64,000 bases of DNA from an uncultured cyanobacterium (lineage in GTDB: Bacteria; Cyanobacteriota; Cyanobacteriia; Cyanobacteriales; Nostocaceae). The position numbers and the translations under genes are program-made. Location: contig OY970166.1 in assembly GCA_963706595.1 (NCBI GenBank), forward strand, positions 2,112,001 through 2,176,000, given 5' to 3'. The notes below the pieces were generated by a model. The model was not told where the DNA came from. It did no database searches and worked only from the letters and a program-made list of their open reading frames with translations. Shown here piece after piece: positions 61,659 to 64,000 of this stretch (the first letter of the stretch is position 1; every line of letters starts with the position of its first letter).

Positions 61659-63498
61659 ATGGCGCTGATAGTTCAAAAATACGGTGGTACATCTGTTGGT
61701 TCGGTAGAACGTATTCAAGCTGTTGCACAGCGTGTTTACAAGACTGTGAAGGCGGGAAATTCTGTAGTCGTAGTGGTTTCGGCGATGGGTAAAACCACTG
61801 ATGGACTGGTGAAAATAGCTAACGAAATTTCTGCAAATCCTAACCGCCGGGAAATGGATATGCTGCTTTCCACTGGTGAGCAAGTAACGATTGCTTTAGT
61901 CAGTATGGCATTGCAAGAAATTGGACAACCAGCTATTTCGATGACTGGCGCTCAAGTAGGGATTGTTACTGAGGCTGAACACACCCGCGCCCGGATTTTG
62001 CATATTGAAACCGAACGATTGAGTGATCATATTGCTCAAGGTAAAGTGGTTGTAGTGGCTGGATTTCAGGGAATATCTAGCCTGAGAAATATGGAAATTA
62101 CGACTTTGGGGCGTGGGGGTTCCGATACTTCTGCTGTGGCGATCGCAGCTGCAATTAGGGGCGAATTTTTGTGAAATTTATACAGATGTCCCAGGGATAT
62201 TAACTACAGACCCCCGCTTGGTGGCTGAAGCTCAATTAATGGACGAAATTACCTGCAATGAAATGCTGGAATTAGCCAGCCTGGGGGCAAAGGTGTTACA
62301 TCCCCGTGCTGTGGAAATTGCCCGGAATTATGGTGTTCCTTTGGTGGTGAAATCTAGTTGGTGTGATGATCCTGGGACTTGGGTAATCTCACCGAAACCC
62401 CAAGGGCGATCGCTTGTCAATTTAGAAATTGCCCGTCCTGTCGATAATGTGGAATTTGACACCGACCAAGCAAAAGTCGCATTGTTGCGCGTACCGGATA
62501 AGCCAGGGGTCGCTGCGCGGTTATTTGGAGAAATATCTCGGCAAAATGTCGATGTAGATTTAATTATTCAGTCAATACATGAAGGTAATAGTAATGACAT
62601 TGCCTTTACTGTCACAGCACCGATATTAAAACGGGCTGAAGCCGTAGCAGCAGCCATCGCCCCAGCTTTGAGAAATCAATCTCACCCCAACTCGGACGAA
62701 GCGGAAGTGATGGTAGAACAAAATATTGCCAAAGTCAGCATCGCCGGCGCAGGAATGATTGGCCGTCCTGGGGTAGCGGCGAAAATGTTCGCCACCTTAG
62801 CGGAAGCGCAAGTGAATATTCAGATGATTTCTACCAGTGAAGTCAAAGTGAGTTGTGTCGTAGATGCGACCGAATGCGATCGCGCCGTAGCTGCACTTCG
62901 TCAAGCTTTTGAGATTGAAGCAGACAACGAACAAAAGGAACAAGAAAAAATTTCCCGCCCACTCCCCACTCCCCACTCCCTACTCCCTATTCCCCCAGTC
63001 CGTGGTGTCGCCCTAGATATGAACCAAGCCCGGCTAGCAATTCGTCAAGTCCCAGATCGGCCGGGAATGGCGGCGAAATTGTTTGGACTATTAGCACAGC
63101 ACAATGTCAGCGTTGACATGATTATTCAATCACAGCGCTGTCGCATTGTGGACGGTATTCCGAAACGAGATATTGCTTTTACCGTTTCGCGGATAGATGG
63201 GGAAAGTACACAGCAAATGCTAACTCAAGTCGCCTCCGAATTAGGATGGGGTGAAGTTGTGTTGGATAATGCGATCGCGAAGGTGAGTATTGTGGGGGCT
63301 GGGATGGTTGGACAACCAGGTATTGCGGCTAAAATGTTTGAGGCTTTAGCCCAACATCAAATCAATATTCAAATGATTGCTACCTCAGAAATCAAAATTA
63401 GCTGTGTCGTAGCACAAGAAGAAGGTGTGAAAGCTTTGCAAGTAATTCACACCGCCTTTGGGTTAGCTGGTAGCGAAAAATTTGTCATCCCAGTTTAA
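61659..63498 (+). CDS. lysC: Aspartate kinase with four ACT domains, split by a +1 frameshift near 62153-62161
   Basis: [22 protein letters not shown] in ORF1; [12 protein letters not shown] and ACT domains in ORF2. Confidence 0.9.
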
Positions 63499-63723
63499 TT
63501 GGTCATTGGTCATGCAATACCTTTCGATTAAGGGATGTAGAGACGTTCCATGGAACGTCTCTACAAGGGTTTTCGGCTCACGAATTTGCTTAACCGAACA
63601 GTATTGATTGGTCATGGGTAAGTCACAATTTTTCCCCTGGTTCCCCACCTCTTCAGTGATTCAGATTACAATTCTGTTAACGAATATGGCTCAAGTATTA
63701 TAAATGCAATCACTGAGGAATTT

Positions 63724-64000
63724 ATGAATGGTCAAATTTTGGATGCACGTTATCAAATTCTCAAAGTTCTGAATGTGGAGGAGGTGGTCCAAACATATTT
63801 AGTGGAAGATGCTATGCTTCCGGGTCGCCAATTGATCATCAAGCAGCTACATCCTGGTAGTGATAATCTCCAAGAGTTAAGAACTGTGCGTGGGTTATTT
63901 GCAGATGAGGCAAAAAAGTTACAGCAGCTGGGAGAAGAACACGACCAAATCCAAAATTTAGTTAATTCTTTTGAAGATAATCAAGAATTTTATCTCGTTC
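63724..64000 (+). CDS. Ser/Thr protein kinase-like protein, N-terminal part (runs off the window)
   Basis: Manual translation MNGQILDARYQILKVL...TYLVED...IIKQL...LFADEAKKLQQLG.HDQIQNL..SFEDNQEFYLV. Confidence 0.75.
   Translation, partial: MNGQILDARYQILKVLNVEEVVQTYLVEDAMLPGRQLIIKQLHPGSDNLQELRTVRGLFADEAKKLQQLGEEHDQIQNLVNSFEDNQEFYLV

Overview
AT-rich genomic DNA from a filamentous heterocyst-forming-type cyanobacterium (Nostocales-like: frequent HIP1 GCGATCGC octamers, STRR heptamer repeats, small dispersed palindromes, psaJ, XisI, hps locus). The core backbone carries polysaccharide genes, a phosphoketolase-like enzyme, ribBA, argC, eno, gloA, clpB, htpG, rpmB, the hormogonium polysaccharide (hps) pseudopilin/glycosyltransferase cluster, nusB-ftsY, sucrose-phosphate synthase and aspartate kinase. 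The most unusual part is a ~7.7 kb accessory island (9.0-16.75 kb) between the phosphoketolase-like gene and an unannotated stand-alone psaJ. It opens with a dual-OB + 2x DUF488 operon, in which one DUF488 ends in a clamp-binding-like QLSLF motif. It continues as an array of small toxin-antitoxin/nuclease cassettes separated by copies of one GTAG-REP/REPIN-like palindromic repeat. The array shows domain-swapped antitoxins, truncated cassettes and 27-47 bp pieces of array genes next to the repeats. No recombinase is present in the window. hpsA is broken by an exact 7-bp tandem duplication, and lysC has a +1 frameshift that is probably a sequencing error. All family calls come from motif recognition by eye; no database searches were run.
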